Shown piece after piece: positions 54,530 through 64,000 of a DNA stretch of 64,000 bases (positions are counted from its first letter, which is position 1; every line of letters begins with the position of its first letter). The position numbers and the translations under genes were made by a program. A model generated the notes under the pieces. It was not told the DNA's origin, made no database searches, and worked only from the letters and a program-made list of their open reading frames with translations. Origin of the DNA: Clostridia bacterium (lineage in GTDB: Bacteria > Bacillota > Clostridia > Christensenellales > CAG-138); contig JAFWMS010000005.1 of the NCBI GenBank assembly GCA_017545535.1, positions 30,013-94,012 of the forward strand, written 5' to 3'.

Positions 54530-57076
54530 ATGGCAAAGCGAACGATCATCTGCTTACTTTTGCTGTTGTTGATGCTGACGGCCGCCGTTCCCGCGAAGGC
54601 GGAGACGGAGGCGGCTTCGCCGTTTCTGCCCTGCGACGTGGTCGCGCCCGTGGGCCGGGAAGCCTTTGCCGGGAACCTGACGGACGGCGATTACGCCACC
54701 CGCTTCACCCTGACCGCCGGCCAGGCCCTGTCCGTGGGCTGGACCGGGGAGGCCGAGGGGGTCATGCTCCAGTGGTACGACGTGAGATATCGGGCCACCA
54801 TCAACCTGTACGATCCCGAGGGGAAGCGGCTTTCCTCCACCGCGTATCCCTTCATGCAGTACCGCATGTTCCTGCCGGCGGCGGGGGCGAGCCGGATGGA
54901 GATTCTCTGTCCCAGAGGGGGGACGAACGTGTATGCCAGCCTCTGCGAGGTGCAGGTCTACGCGGCCGGCCATGAGCCGGCGTGCCTGACCCGGGTGGAG
55001 CCGGTGGACCTGATGCTGGTTTTGTCCGGCGTCAGCGAGGAGTTGGACCTGATGGGCGGGCTCCTGCCCCTGTACGCGGGGGAGCACCGCATCCGGACGG
55101 CGGTGGTCTACGTGGGCGTGGACGACGGCAACCAAATCCAGGAGGCCTTTCATGCCCTGGAAAAAATAGGGGCGGACGTGATCCCCGTGTTTTTGCTCCG
55201 GGACGATCAGGCGACCTGCAGTATCGATCGGATGGCGGGGTTGTGGGGCGAGGCCAAGCTTAAGGAGACGCTTGCCTCCCTGTTCCGGCAGTACGCGCCC
55301 AAGGTGGTGGTGACCTGTGATCCGACGGATCGCTTCTCCAGGGTGAGGACGCCCTACACCGGCCGTCTGGTGACCCAGATTTTGACCGGGACCCAGAACG
55401 GGAAACTGCCTGTCCAGAAGTTTTATCATCTGTCCCGGGACGGGGGCACGCTGGTGGACTGGACGAAGCCCCTGGCTGCCTACGGCGGGCGGACCGCCCA
55501 AGAGGTAGCCCAGGAGGGCTATGCCTGTTATGACTCGGAGGCGTCCTTTGGCACCATCATCCCGGAGAACAGCCGGTTCGTGCTGGCCTTCTCTCAAGTG
55601 GGTGAGGACGAAGGGAGGAACGATCTCTTCGAGCACATTCTGACCGAAAGCCTCCTTTGGTACGAGGCGCCCACACCCATCCCTACGGCCACGCCCACGC
55701 CGGAACCCACGAGGGAGCCGACGCCGGAGCCCACGGCCACGCCGGAGCTCACGGCCACGCCCACCGTCGAGCCCACGAAGGAACCGACGCCGGAGCCCAC
55801 GGAAGCGCCCACGGCCGCGCCTACGGTCGCGCCGACCGCCGTTCCGGAGAAAAAGGCAGGGGCCGTCCTGGGGCTCAGCGGCGGACAGCTGGCGCTGTAC
55901 GCCCTTAGCGGCGCAGCGTTGGTCCTTGCTCTGTTCCAGATGATAAAAAAGAAAAAGCGGGCGTTGGCCCTGTTTTTGCTGATCGCCGCAGGCTTGCTGG
56001 CCTATATGGGCTATTGGCTGATCGATATGACCCCTGGGGCGGCGATCGCCGAAGCTGCGGCGTCCACGGCGGCGCCTACGGAGAAGCCGACGCCGAAGCC
56101 CACGCCGGAGCCCACAAAAGCACCTACGCCGGAGCCCACAAAAGCACCTACGCCGGGGCCCACGGAAGTGCCCACGGCCGAACCCACCGAGGCGCCCACG
56201 CCCGAACCCACCCCCACCCCGGACCCCGACGCCCGATATTTCCGGCAGGAGGGAGAATCGGCGGAGGTGGTGGTCCAGGACTATGAGAACGGCCACTGGG
56301 AATATCGCTCGGACATCCTTTCCGTCATCATCGATCGGCAGATCAGCAATGAGGACAACAAGCCCTACTGCAAGTATATCGCCCACATCCGCATGCGGAA
56401 GGTGAATAGTTACCGGTCCATCGTCTCCTCCCACTATGCCGTGGCCACGGCTGCCGAGCCGCCCTGGCGGCTGGCGCGAAACTTCAAGGCGGTGCTGGCC
56501 ATCACCGGCGACAACATCAACAACGAGGACGTGCCCTTCAAGGGCATCCTGATCCGCCGGGGCATCCTCTATTCGGATATGGCAGGGGAGGACACCCTGG
56601 TGATCCGGGACAATATGACCATGGACATCCTGCATCGGGGCGAGGAGAAGGGCGTGGATCTGCTGGACAGCGGCGTGCTCGCCACCTACAGCTTCGGACC
56701 GACCCTGGTGGAGAACTACAGCATCAACCCGGACGTGGCTCGACACCGGGTCTTCCGGGAGAATCCCCGCTGCGGCATAGGCATGGTGGAGCCGGGCCAT
56801 TTCGTGGCCATCGTCACCGACGGGAGAGATGCCCGGCGCGCCTATGGGTATACCCTGGATCAGTTTGCCGAGATCTTCCAGAGGGAAGGCGTGAAGGTGG
56901 CGTATAATCTGGACGGAGGCGCATCCGCAGCCATGGTGTTCATGGGAGAGCACGTGAACTGGCAATCCGGCGATCATCAGCGCACGTGGGCGGACGCCCT
57001 GGCCTGGGGCTATTCGAATTTGATCCCCTTGGTGACGGACCCGGTGCTGCATCCGGGCGGCGGGGATTCCTATTGA
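54530..57076 (+). CDS. Membrane-anchored degenerate PIG-L-like plus NAGPA-like protein with two Pro/Thr stalks
   Basis: Signal peptide; SGVSEE in place of HPDDE; TM-KKKKR-TM; AITGDN, NPRCGIGMVEPGHF, AYNLDGGAS. Confidence 0.82.
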   Translation: MAKRTIICLLLLLLMLTAAVPAKAETEAASPFLPCDVVAPVGREAFAGNLTDGDYATRFTLTAGQALSVGWTGEAEGVMLQWYDVRYRATINLYDPEGKRLSSTAYPFMQYRMFLPAAGASRMEILCPRGGTNVYASLCEVQVYAAGHEPACLTRVEPVDLMLVLSGVSEELDLMGGLLPLYAGEHRIRTAVVYVGVDDGNQIQEAFHALEKIGADVIPVFLLRDDQATCSIDRMAGLWGEAKLKETLASLFRQYAPKVVVTCDPTDRFSRVRTPYTGRLVTQILTGTQNGKLPVQKFYHLSRDGGTLVDWTKPLAAYGGRTAQEVAQEGYACYDSEASFGTIIPENSRFVLAFSQVGEDEGRNDLFEHILTESLLWYEAPTPIPTATPTPEPTREPTPEPTATPELTATPTVEPTKEPTPEPTEAPTAAPTVAPTAVPEKKAGAVLGLSGGQLALYALSGAALVLALFQMIKKKKRALALFLLIAAGLLAYMGYWLIDMTPGAAIAEAAASTAAPTEKPTPKPTPEPTKAPTPEPTKAPTPGPTEVPTAEPTEAPTPEPTPTPDPDARYFRQEGESAEVVVQDYENGHWEYRSDILSVIIDRQISNEDNKPYCKYIAHIRMRKVNSYRSIVSSHYAVATAAEPPWRLARNFKAVLAITGDNINNEDVPFKGILIRRGILYSDMAGEDTLVIRDNMTMDILHRGEEKGVDLLDSGVLATYSFGPTLVENYSINPDVARHRVFRENPRCGIGMVEPGHFVAIVTDGRDARRAYGYTLDQFAEIFQREGVKVAYNLDGGASAAMVFMGEHVNWQSGDHQRTWADALAWGYSNLIPLVTDPVLHPGGGDSY

Positions 57077-57085
57077 GCACAACAT

Positions 57086-57150
57086 AAAAAACCACCCGTT
57101 GGACGAGTGGCCTGACAAAGCCTCCGGCTGGGCCGGGGGCTACTTTTGTT
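57086..57150. terminator. Paired terminators between convergent genes
   Basis: A-run plus CCACCCGT/ACGAGTGG (minus strand) and AGCCTCCGGC/GCCGGGGCT plus T-rich tail (plus strand). Confidence 0.6.
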
Positions 57151-57207
57151 GCGCCCTTTTCGTCAGAGGGACGTGAGGAACACAGCCCCGTCGAAAGGCG
57201 AATAGCA

Positions 57208-58353
57208 TCACTTCGACAGATATTTTTCCGGGTTCACGGGCAGCCCGTTTACCAGCAGCTCATACCGCAGCGTCGCCCTGTTCCTGCCGGGGGACTGGGG
57301 CAGCACGCCCACCTGTTCCCCTTTGCGCACCCGTTGATACAGCTCCACTACCGCCCGCTCGCAGCCGATGATCCGGGACAGGCACCCGGTCTCGTCGTGG
57401 AGGACGTCGATGACCAGCCCCAGTTGGCCGCGGGGGCCGCAATAGACGATCACGCCCTCCGCCGGCGACACCGCCCGGGCGCCGCTGTCGGCAACGATGT
57501 CTATCCCGTAATGGGGCAGCCCGTCCACCATGCCGAAGGAGGTCTCCACCGTCCCCGCCACCGGCCACTGGGGCGTGAACCCTTCGATGGGCGCAGCGGC
57601 CGGGCCGGCTTCCGCCGACGCGGCAGCCAGGATCAGGGACCCGTCCTCGACGACCTGATCGGCCTTGCCCTGGCCCACGGCGAACTCGTTGGTCTTCACT
57701 TCGGAGAAGGCGGCCTGACCCCGATAGGTGGTTTCATAGTAGGAAAGGATGAAGGAGCTCACTCCTATGGACCGATAGATCCGGCTCCCCGCCGCCAGCA
57801 GCGGGTTCTCCTGGGTCACGGTCTGGATCTCGCCGCGGTCGATGACGCAACGGACCACCGTACGGCTGATGGGCAAAAGCCCCTCGTCCGCCTTCAGGGT
57901 GTTCACCGCTTCCTCCACCTGCAGCAGCTCCCCGTCCCCCGAGGGCTCCTCCAAGGTCAGCGTTTGATCGAACCCGGCCCGGAGGAGTCGTTCGTTCTCC
58001 CCCAGATTCAAGCCGGCGGTCTCGGCAAGGTACTGTTCCAGCGCTTTTCTGGCGGCCCGAGCGTTCACTGCCGTATACAAAAGCTTTCCGTCCGCCCGCA
58101 CGTCCACGGCGTTCGGCGGATAGTCCCGCTGCACTTGGACCTGGATGGGCGTGGGCGCGGGGGTCACCTTGACCTGGGCGGTGGTGGCAGAGGGCCGGGC
58201 GGTGGCCGTAGGCGTGATCCGAGGCGAACGAAATCCCGCCTGCAGCTTGCCTTCGCTCCTGAGGAGCAATCCAAGCACCACGCTCAAAAACACGATCACC
58301 AGGACCGTGACCAGCATGCCGAACCGTATGGCTTTTTCCCGCTCGATCTTCAT
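57208..58353 (-). CDS. Membrane-anchored M23 peptidase-like protein, probably catalytically degenerate
   Basis: N-terminal TM; WPVAG, HYGID, LRYELLVNG.PVNP; HxH motif absent; likely start MKIERE. Confidence 0.75.
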   Translation of the reverse strand: MKIEREKAIRFGMLVTVLVIVFLSVVLGLLLRSEGKLQAGFRSPRITPTATARPSATTAQVKVTPAPTPIQVQVQRDYPPNAVDVRADGKLLYTAVNARAARKALEQYLAETAGLNLGENERLLRAGFDQTLTLEEPSGDGELLQVEEAVNTLKADEGLLPISRTVVRCVIDRGEIQTVTQENPLLAAGSRIYRSIGVSSFILSYYETTYRGQAAFSEVKTNEFAVGQGKADQVVEDGSLILAAASAEAGPAAAPIEGFTPQWPVAGTVETSFGMVDGLPHYGIDIVADSGARAVSPAEGVIVYCGPRGQLGLVIDVLHDETGCLSRIIGCERAVVELYQRVRKGEQVGVLPQSPGRNRATLRYELLVNGLPVNPEKYLSK

Positions 58354-58517
58354 ATGGGGCAGTATAGCATTTTTTCGCCTTTCCCGCAATAGAGAAGGAG
58401 AGGGACAACTCCAGCGAGAGGGCGGTTGAGCCCTTTCATACTGCGAGCGGCATTCAGATATCCTTTGCCGCAAATGGTCTGCCGCCTTTATTGACAGCCT
58501 GAAAACGTAAAACGGTA

Positions 58518-58546
58518 TTGGCAAATGGCGGGAAGGATGATATTAT
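58518..58546 (+). promoter_or_regulatory. Sigma-A promoter of the glg operon
   Basis: TTGGCA-17 bp-TATTAT with extended -10 TG. Confidence 0.55.
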
Positions 58547-58588
58547 ATATCTATACTTGACCTTACTATGTGCATATAGGGAGGAATC

Positions 58589-60430
58589 ATGACCGAGCTC
58601 ATTTCTCAATTCTATCACGGGAACTGCATCCGGGCCTACCAAGTGCTGGGATGCCATCGGGCGGAGGTGGGCTATCGCTTCCTCGTCTGGGCGCCCAACG
58701 CCCGATTTGTCACCGTGGCGGGGGATTTCAACGGCTGGAGCTACACGCAGAATCCGGCCTGGCGGCGGCAGGACGGGCTGTGGGAGGCCGTTATCGACAA
58801 CGCTCAACCCTATCAAAAGTATAAATACGTAGTGACCCGGGCGGACGGGTCCGTGGTGATGAAGGCGGACCCCTATGCGCGCATGGGCGAGCCTCACGGC
58901 ACAGCCTCTCTGGTCTATGATCCGGACCCCTATCCCTGGCAGGACGGGGCGTATCTGGCCGGCCTGGGGGACGCCCACACCCGCCCCATGAACATCTACG
59001 AATGCCATCTGGGCAGCTGGAAGGAGGGCCTCTCCTACCGGCAGCTGGCGGATGAGATGCTGCCCTATGTGCAGGACATGGGCTATACCCACATCGAGGT
59101 CATGCCCCTCATGGCCTATCCCTACGACCCCAGCTGGGGCTATCAGGTGACGGGCTATTTCGCCGCCACCAGCCGCTACGGGTCTCCGGATGATCTCAAA
59201 TACTTCGTGGACCAGGCCCACCAGCGGGGCATCGGCGTCATCATGGACTGGGTCCCCGCTCACTTCACCCGGGACGACCACGGCCTCAGGCTCTTCGACG
59301 GCACCCCCTGCTATGAGCATGGCGATCCCCGCCGGGGAGACATGCGTCAGTGGGGGACGCTCCTCTTTGACTATGGCAAGCCCGAGGTCCGCAGCTTCCT
59401 TACCTCCAGCGCCGTCTACTGGCTGGAGGAGTGCCATATGGATGGCCTTCGGGTGGACGCGGTCAGCTGCATGCTTTACATGGACTTCGGCCGGGACGGG
59501 GGCGACTGGCTCCCCAACAGCGAGGGCGGCCGGGAGGATCTTTCCGCCATCGCCCTGTTCAAGCACCTCTCCTGGGCGGTCCACAGCCTGGAGGGCCACA
59601 AGCTCCTCATCGCCGAGGAGAGCACCGCCTTCCCCAAGGTCACCAACAAGCATGAGGACAGTCTGGGCTTCGATTTCAAGTGGAACATGGGGTGGATGAA
59701 CGACATGCTCTCCTACATGGAGATGGACCCCATCTACCGCCAGTATCACCACAACAAGCTCACCTTCAGCCTGACCTACGCCTTCTCAGAGCACTACGTG
59801 CTGCCCTTCTCCCACGACGAGGTGGTCCACGGGAAAAAGTCCATGCTGAACAAGATGCCGGGCTCCTACGAGGAGAAGTTCGAGCAGCTTCGGCTCCTGC
59901 TCACCTATCAGATGGCCCATCCCGGCAAGAAGCTCACCTTCATGGGGATCGAGCTGGGTACCTTCATCGAGTGGCGGTTCTACGAGAGTTTGGAATGGTT
60001 CCTCCTCTCCTACCCCAAGCACGACGAGTTCCGCAAGTTCGTCCGTGGCCTGAACCGGTTCTACAAGGACAACCCCGCCCTCTACGAGCGGGACGACGGC
60101 TGGGACGGCTTCGAGTGGAGCGCGGTGGACGACAAGGACACCTCCGTGGTCTCCTTCTTCCGCAAGAGCCGGGAGGAAACGTTGCTGTGCGTCTTCAACT
60201 TCACCCCCGTGCCCCGGCCCGGCTATACCATGGGCGTGCCGAAAGCGGGGAAGCTCATCCCTGTGTTTTCCACGGGCGAGCTCCCGCCGGAGCAGAACAA
60301 GCCCCTGCGGGCGAAGAAGGCGGCCCCCGGCGGCAGGTTCCCCTACGAGGTCAGGATGGATCTGTTCCCCTTCTGCGGGATGTATTATAAATTCGAGAAA
60401 AGCGATGGAAAGGATGTGACTCAAGGATGA
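58589..60430 (+). CDS. glgB: 1,4-alpha-glucan branching enzyme
   Basis: [46 protein letters not shown]. Confidence 0.98.
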   Translation: MTELISQFYHGNCIRAYQVLGCHRAEVGYRFLVWAPNARFVTVAGDFNGWSYTQNPAWRRQDGLWEAVIDNAQPYQKYKYVVTRADGSVVMKADPYARMGEPHGTASLVYDPDPYPWQDGAYLAGLGDAHTRPMNIYECHLGSWKEGLSYRQLADEMLPYVQDMGYTHIEVMPLMAYPYDPSWGYQVTGYFAATSRYGSPDDLKYFVDQAHQRGIGVIMDWVPAHFTRDDHGLRLFDGTPCYEHGDPRRGDMRQWGTLLFDYGKPEVRSFLTSSAVYWLEECHMDGLRVDAVSCMLYMDFGRDGGDWLPNSEGGREDLSAIALFKHLSWAVHSLEGHKLLIAEESTAFPKVTNKHEDSLGFDFKWNMGWMNDMLSYMEMDPIYRQYHHNKLTFSLTYAFSEHYVLPFSHDEVVHGKKSMLNKMPGSYEEKFEQLRLLLTYQMAHPGKKLTFMGIELGTFIEWRFYESLEWFLLSYPKHDEFRKFVRGLNRFYKDNPALYERDDGWDGFEWSAVDDKDTSVVSFFRKSREETLLCVFNFTPVPRPGYTMGVPKAGKLIPVFSTGELPPEQNKPLRAKKAAPGGRFPYEVRMDLFPFCGMYYKFEKSDGKDVTQG

Positions 60431-61659
60431 AAAAACGGATCGTGGTCATGCTGCTGGCTGGGGGTCAGGGCAGCCGGCTGGGGGTGCTCACCTCCAACAT
60501 GGCTAAGCCGGCCGTTCCCTTCGGCGGCAAGTATCGGATCATCGATTTCCCCCTCAGCAACTGTGTCAACTCCGGCTTCGACACGGTGGGCGTGCTCACC
60601 CAGTATCGGCCTCTGGCCCTGAATTCCTATTTGGGCACCGGTCAGCACTGGGATCTGGACCGCAACTACGGCGGCGTGTTCGTGCTGCCCCCCTATGTGA
60701 CCGAGGGGGAGAACGGCCACTGGTACAGCGGCACGGCCAACGCCATCTGGCAGAACCGGGAGTTTGTGGACCAGTACGATCCCGACTACGTGCTCATCCT
60801 CTCCGGCGATCACATCTATAAGATGGACTACGCCAAGATGCTCGCTTTCCATCGCCAGAAGCAGGCGGCGGCCACCATCGCCGTCCTTCAGGTGCCCTGG
60901 GAGGAGGCCCATCGCTTCGGCATCATGAACGCCAACGTGGACGGCCGCATCGAATCCTTCGAGGAGAAGCCCAAGGAGCCCAAGAGCAACCTGGCGTCCA
61001 TGGGCATCTATATCTTCGACTGGAAAAAGCTGCGGGCCTACATGGAGGCGGACGACGCCGATCCCAATTCCAGCAACGATTTCGGCAAGAACATAATTCC
61101 CGCCATGCTGAACGCCGGCGAGACCATGGTGGCCTATCCCTTCGAGGGCTACTGGCGGGACGTGGGCACCATCCAGAGTCTCTGGGAGGCCAACATGGAC
61201 CTGCTGGGCCAGAAGCCCGTGCTGGATCTGGACGACGACAGCTGGCGCATCTACACCCGCAACCCGGTCATGCCGCCCCACTACATCAGCCTTTCCGCCC
61301 AGGTGACCAACTCCCTGGTGTCCGAGGGGGCCGTGGTGGAGGGGACCGTGGAGAACTCCGTCATCTTCTCCGGCGCCCACATCGGCAAGGGCGCCACGGT
61401 GAAGGACAGCGTCATCTTCCCCGACGCCACCGTTGGCAAGAGCGTGGACGTGGAGAAGGCCATCGTGGGCGAGAACGCCGTCATCGGCGACTTCTGCGTG
61501 CTGGGCGGCCCGGTCCGCCCCGGCGAGAAGGTGAACAACAAGCTCACCGGCGACATCACCCTCATCGGCAACGACGTGACCATCCCGCCCCGGGCCTATA
61601 TCGCCAAGGGCGCCGTGGTCAACACCGAGAACCCTCACCAGCCCGCAAAGGAGGCGTAA
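60427..61659 (+). CDS. glgC: Glucose-1-phosphate adenylyltransferase
   Basis: [35 protein letters not shown]. Confidence 0.98.
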   Translation: MKKRIVVMLLAGGQGSRLGVLTSNMAKPAVPFGGKYRIIDFPLSNCVNSGFDTVGVLTQYRPLALNSYLGTGQHWDLDRNYGGVFVLPPYVTEGENGHWYSGTANAIWQNREFVDQYDPDYVLILSGDHIYKMDYAKMLAFHRQKQAAATIAVLQVPWEEAHRFGIMNANVDGRIESFEEKPKEPKSNLASMGIYIFDWKKLRAYMEADDADPNSSNDFGKNIIPAMLNAGETMVAYPFEGYWRDVGTIQSLWEANMDLLGQKPVLDLDDDSWRIYTRNPVMPPHYISLSAQVTNSLVSEGAVVEGTVENSVIFSGAHIGKGATVKDSVIFPDATVGKSVDVEKAIVGENAVIGDFCVLGGPVRPGEKVNNKLTGDITLIGNDVTIPPRAYIAKGAVVNTENPHQPAKEA

Positions 61660-61662
61660 GCT

Positions 61663-62787
61663 ATGATCAACAATGCGTTCGGCCTCATCGTCACCGCTGA
61701 TCGGACTACCCATCTCAAGGACCTGACCCTTTCCCGCTCCGCGGCGGCAGTGCCCTTCGGCGGCCGGTATCGCTTCATCGATTTCACCCTCTCCAACATG
61801 GTCAACGCCGGCATCACCAGCGTGGGCCTGATCACGGAGAAGAACTATCACTCCCTCATGGACCATCTGGGCTCCGGCAAGGAGTGGGACCTGCACCGCA
61901 AACGGGACGGCCTCTTCATCCTGCCCCCCTTCATGACCAAGGACAACGCCGGCGTGTTCCGGGGCGCCATCGACGCCCTGCGCTCCGTCATGGGCTATGT
62001 GCGCCGGACCCAGGAGGACTACGCCGTCCTGTCCTGGCCCCGGGTGGTCATGAACATGGACCTGGTGCCCATGATGGAACAGCACGTGGCCACGGGCGCG
62101 GACATCACCATCCTCTATGCGGAGGACGGCTCCCTGAAGCCCGAGGACCAGAATCAGGATCTGCGGCTCGTTCTGGACGAGAAGGGCCGGGTCATCGACA
62201 TGGAGCTGGACGCCTTCCGGCCCCAGAGCGTGAACCGGAGCTGCGACGTGATGATCCTGAAGAAGGAACTGCTGGAGTATCTGGTGGAGGAGGCCTACGC
62301 CCGGGGCGAATACGATTTCCACCGGGACATCCTGCTCAAAAAGTATAAGACCCTGAACATCATGGGCTATAAGCACGAGGGCTTCCTGGCCCGGCTGGAA
62401 TCCATCGAGGACTATTTTGCCGGCAACATGGCCCTGCTGAACCCGGACGTGCAGAAGGATCTGTTCGATCCCCGGCGGCCCATCTACACCAAGGTGAAGG
62501 ACGAGGTGGCCGCCCGCTACTCCGTCAGTGCCCAGGTGAAAAACTCCCTGGTGGCCGACGGCTGCCTCATCGAGGGCCAGGTGGACAGCTGCATCCTCTT
62601 CAGGGGCGTCCATGTGAAGCCCGGCGCCCGCATCTTCAACAGCATCATCATGCAGGGGGCGGAGATCGGCGAAAACGCTCACCTGGAGCATGTGATCCTG
62701 GACAAGGGCGTGAAGATCCTGCCCGGCCGGACCCTCCAGGGGTACGACAGCTTCCCCATCGTGATCAGAAAGAATCAAACCGTATGA
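61663..62787 (+). CDS. glgD: Glucose-1-phosphate adenylyltransferase subunit GlgD
   Basis: PFGGRYRFIDF, SLMDHLGSGKEWDL; lacks the GGxGxR motif; follows glgC. Confidence 0.96.
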   Translation: MINNAFGLIVTADRTTHLKDLTLSRSAAAVPFGGRYRFIDFTLSNMVNAGITSVGLITEKNYHSLMDHLGSGKEWDLHRKRDGLFILPPFMTKDNAGVFRGAIDALRSVMGYVRRTQEDYAVLSWPRVVMNMDLVPMMEQHVATGADITILYAEDGSLKPEDQNQDLRLVLDEKGRVIDMELDAFRPQSVNRSCDVMILKKELLEYLVEEAYARGEYDFHRDILLKKYKTLNIMGYKHEGFLARLESIEDYFAGNMALLNPDVQKDLFDPRRPIYTKVKDEVAARYSVSAQVKNSLVADGCLIEGQVDSCILFRGVHVKPGARIFNSIIMQGAEIGENAHLEHVILDKGVKILPGRTLQGYDSFPIVIRKNQTV

Positions 62788-64000
62788 GCGCCGCAGAGAA
62801 AGCCGTGAAGCGACCCGCTTCCGAAAAAAAGATCGTAGCCCGCAAGGAGGCTTTGGCGGATAAGACGGTCGAAGTCGAAGCTCCGGCGGAGAAGAAGCCC
62901 GCCCGGAAGCCCCGCACCAAGAAGCAGCCCCCCCTGAAGGTGCTCCTGTGCGCCAGCGAGGCCATGCCCTTCATCAAAACCGGCGGCCTTGCGGACGTGG
63001 TGGGTGCCCTGCCTGTGGCCCTCCATCAGGAAGGGTTGGACGTGCGGGTGATCCTGCCCAAGTACCGGCTCATCCCCTATTCTTACATCTGCTCCATGGA
63101 GCATGTGACGGATTTCACCGTCCTCATGGGCGGGGATCGGCTTTACTGCGGCATCGACACCATGGTGGAGAACGGGGTCCGGTATTACTTCGTGGACAAT
63201 CTCGCCCTCTTCGGCGGGGATCGGGTCTACACCGGCGACCAGGAGGAGGGCTATCGGTATGCCTTCTTCTGCCGGGCCATTCTGGAGGCGCTCCCCCGGA
63301 TCGACTTCTTCCCCGACGTGCTCCACGGCAACGACTGGCAGTGCGGGCTCCTGAGCGTGCTCCTCAGGGGCCAGTACGGCATCGACGAGCGGTATCGGGC
63401 CATCCGCACGGTCTACACCATCCATAACCTGAAGTTCCAGGGGCTCTTCGACTTCCATTGGCTCAACGCCTACCTGGGCCTGAACGAGGGCTATTTCTCC
63501 CCGGAGAACCTGGAGTTTTACGGGCTCCTCTCCTGCATGAAGGGCGGCATCGTCTTTTCCGATCGGGTCACCACCGTGAGCCCCACCTACGCGGAGGAGA
63601 TCAAGTCCGCTTACTTCGGCGAGCGGCTGGACGGGCTTCTCAAGAAGCGGCAGAACGTTCTCTCCGGCATATTGAACGGCATCGATACCGACGCCTACGA
63701 CCCGGAGAACGATAGGTTCCTTCGCGTCACCTTCAGCGCCGACAATCGGCGGGGGAAAGCCATCCTGAAGGCGGACCTGCAGCAGGAATGCGGCCTGGAG
63801 CAGCGGCCTGAGGCGGCCGTCATCGGCTTCATCGCCCGGCTCACCGCCCAGAAGGGCCTGGATCTCATCGAGCGGGTGCTGGACGATATCATGCGTCAGG
63901 ACGTGCAGCTGGTGTTCCTGGGCAAAGGCGATCAGCACTATGAGGACTTCATCCGCACCGCCCAGTGGAAGTATCCCGGCCGGGTGGCGGCCCGGGTGGA
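62784..64000 (+). CDS. glgA: Glycogen synthase (3'-truncated by the window edge)
   Basis: ATGA overlap with glgD; PFIKTGGLADV, HGNDWQ, TIHNLKFQG, TVSPTYA, RLTAQKG. Confidence 0.97.
   Translation, partial: MSAAEKAVKRPASEKKIVARKEALADKTVEVEAPAEKKPARKPRTKKQPPLKVLLCASEAMPFIKTGGLADVVGALPVALHQEGLDVRVILPKYRLIPYSYICSMEHVTDFTVLMGGDRLYCGIDTMVENGVRYYFVDNLALFGGDRVYTGDQEEGYRYAFFCRAILEALPRIDFFPDVLHGNDWQCGLLSVLLRGQYGIDERYRAIRTVYTIHNLKFQGLFDFHWLNAYLGLNEGYFSPENLEFYGLLSCMKGGIVFSDRVTTVSPTYAEEIKSAYFGERLDGLLKKRQNVLSGILNGIDTDAYDPENDRFLRVTFSADNRRGKAILKADLQQECGLEQRPEAAVIGFIARLTAQKGLDLIERVLDDIMRQDVQLVFLGKGDQHYEDFIRTAQWKYPGRVAARV

Noticed and set aside
55670-56225. Short tandem repeats (e.g. a 24-bp unit at 56102-56149) as phase-variation tracts
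   Set aside because: Units are multiples of 3 encoding Pro/Thr linkers; they could change length but not frame
44745-57200. Surface-protein block after tRNA-Glu as an integrated genomic island
   Set aside because: No integrase and no distal att copy seen; most genes have host-like codon usage
57140-57205. CTGACGA on the minus strand resembling a hammerhead ribozyme core
   Set aside because: No stem II followed by GAAA in the right arrangement; region is explained by terminators
58500-58513. TGAAAACGTAAAAC as a cre/LacI-type operator upstream of glgB
   Set aside because: Only the left half fits the consensus; too weak to call

Overview
High-GC Clostridia-type (Firmicutes) chromosomal segment starting inside dnaA. 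Order: dnaA, oriC (degenerate DnaA boxes plus DnaA-trios), dnaN, then a membrane protein with PIG-L-like and phosphodiester-glycosidase (NAGPA) domains where recF-gyrB-gyrA usually sit. Next come an AfuABC/FbpABC-type ABC transporter with a HAD phosphatase, uvrB, a small AT-rich islet (RHH regulator and two mini-proteins), spo0A, a separate cluster of perfect DnaA boxes, a GT-C-like membrane protein and a LysR gene. These are followed by a 2-oxoacid:ferredoxin oxidoreductase/methylmalonyl-CoA cluster, a glycerol operon, holA, rpsF-ssb-rpsR, an extended ECF sigma factor, housekeeping genes (ppaC, tsaD), tRNA-Glu(CTC) with a duplicated 3' end, a block of surface proteins (SH3, lipoprotein, RCC1-NAGPA, LRR/B-repeat, PIG-L, PIG-L-NAGPA, M23-like) and glgBCDA. 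I saw no CRISPR array, rRNA, integrase or transposase. The best candidates for undescribed biology are (1) a multi-copy extracytoplasmic PIG-L (active and degenerate) plus NAGPA module on Pro/Thr stalks, one copy coupled to dnaN; (2) a DnaA-box cluster with a Spo0A box next to an origin-proximal spo0A; (3) a dispersed intergenic multi-hairpin repeat family; (4) an ECF sigma factor with an internal in-frame start; (5) a 125-bp tRNA-linked element. All family assignments come from motif recognition by eye, not database searches.
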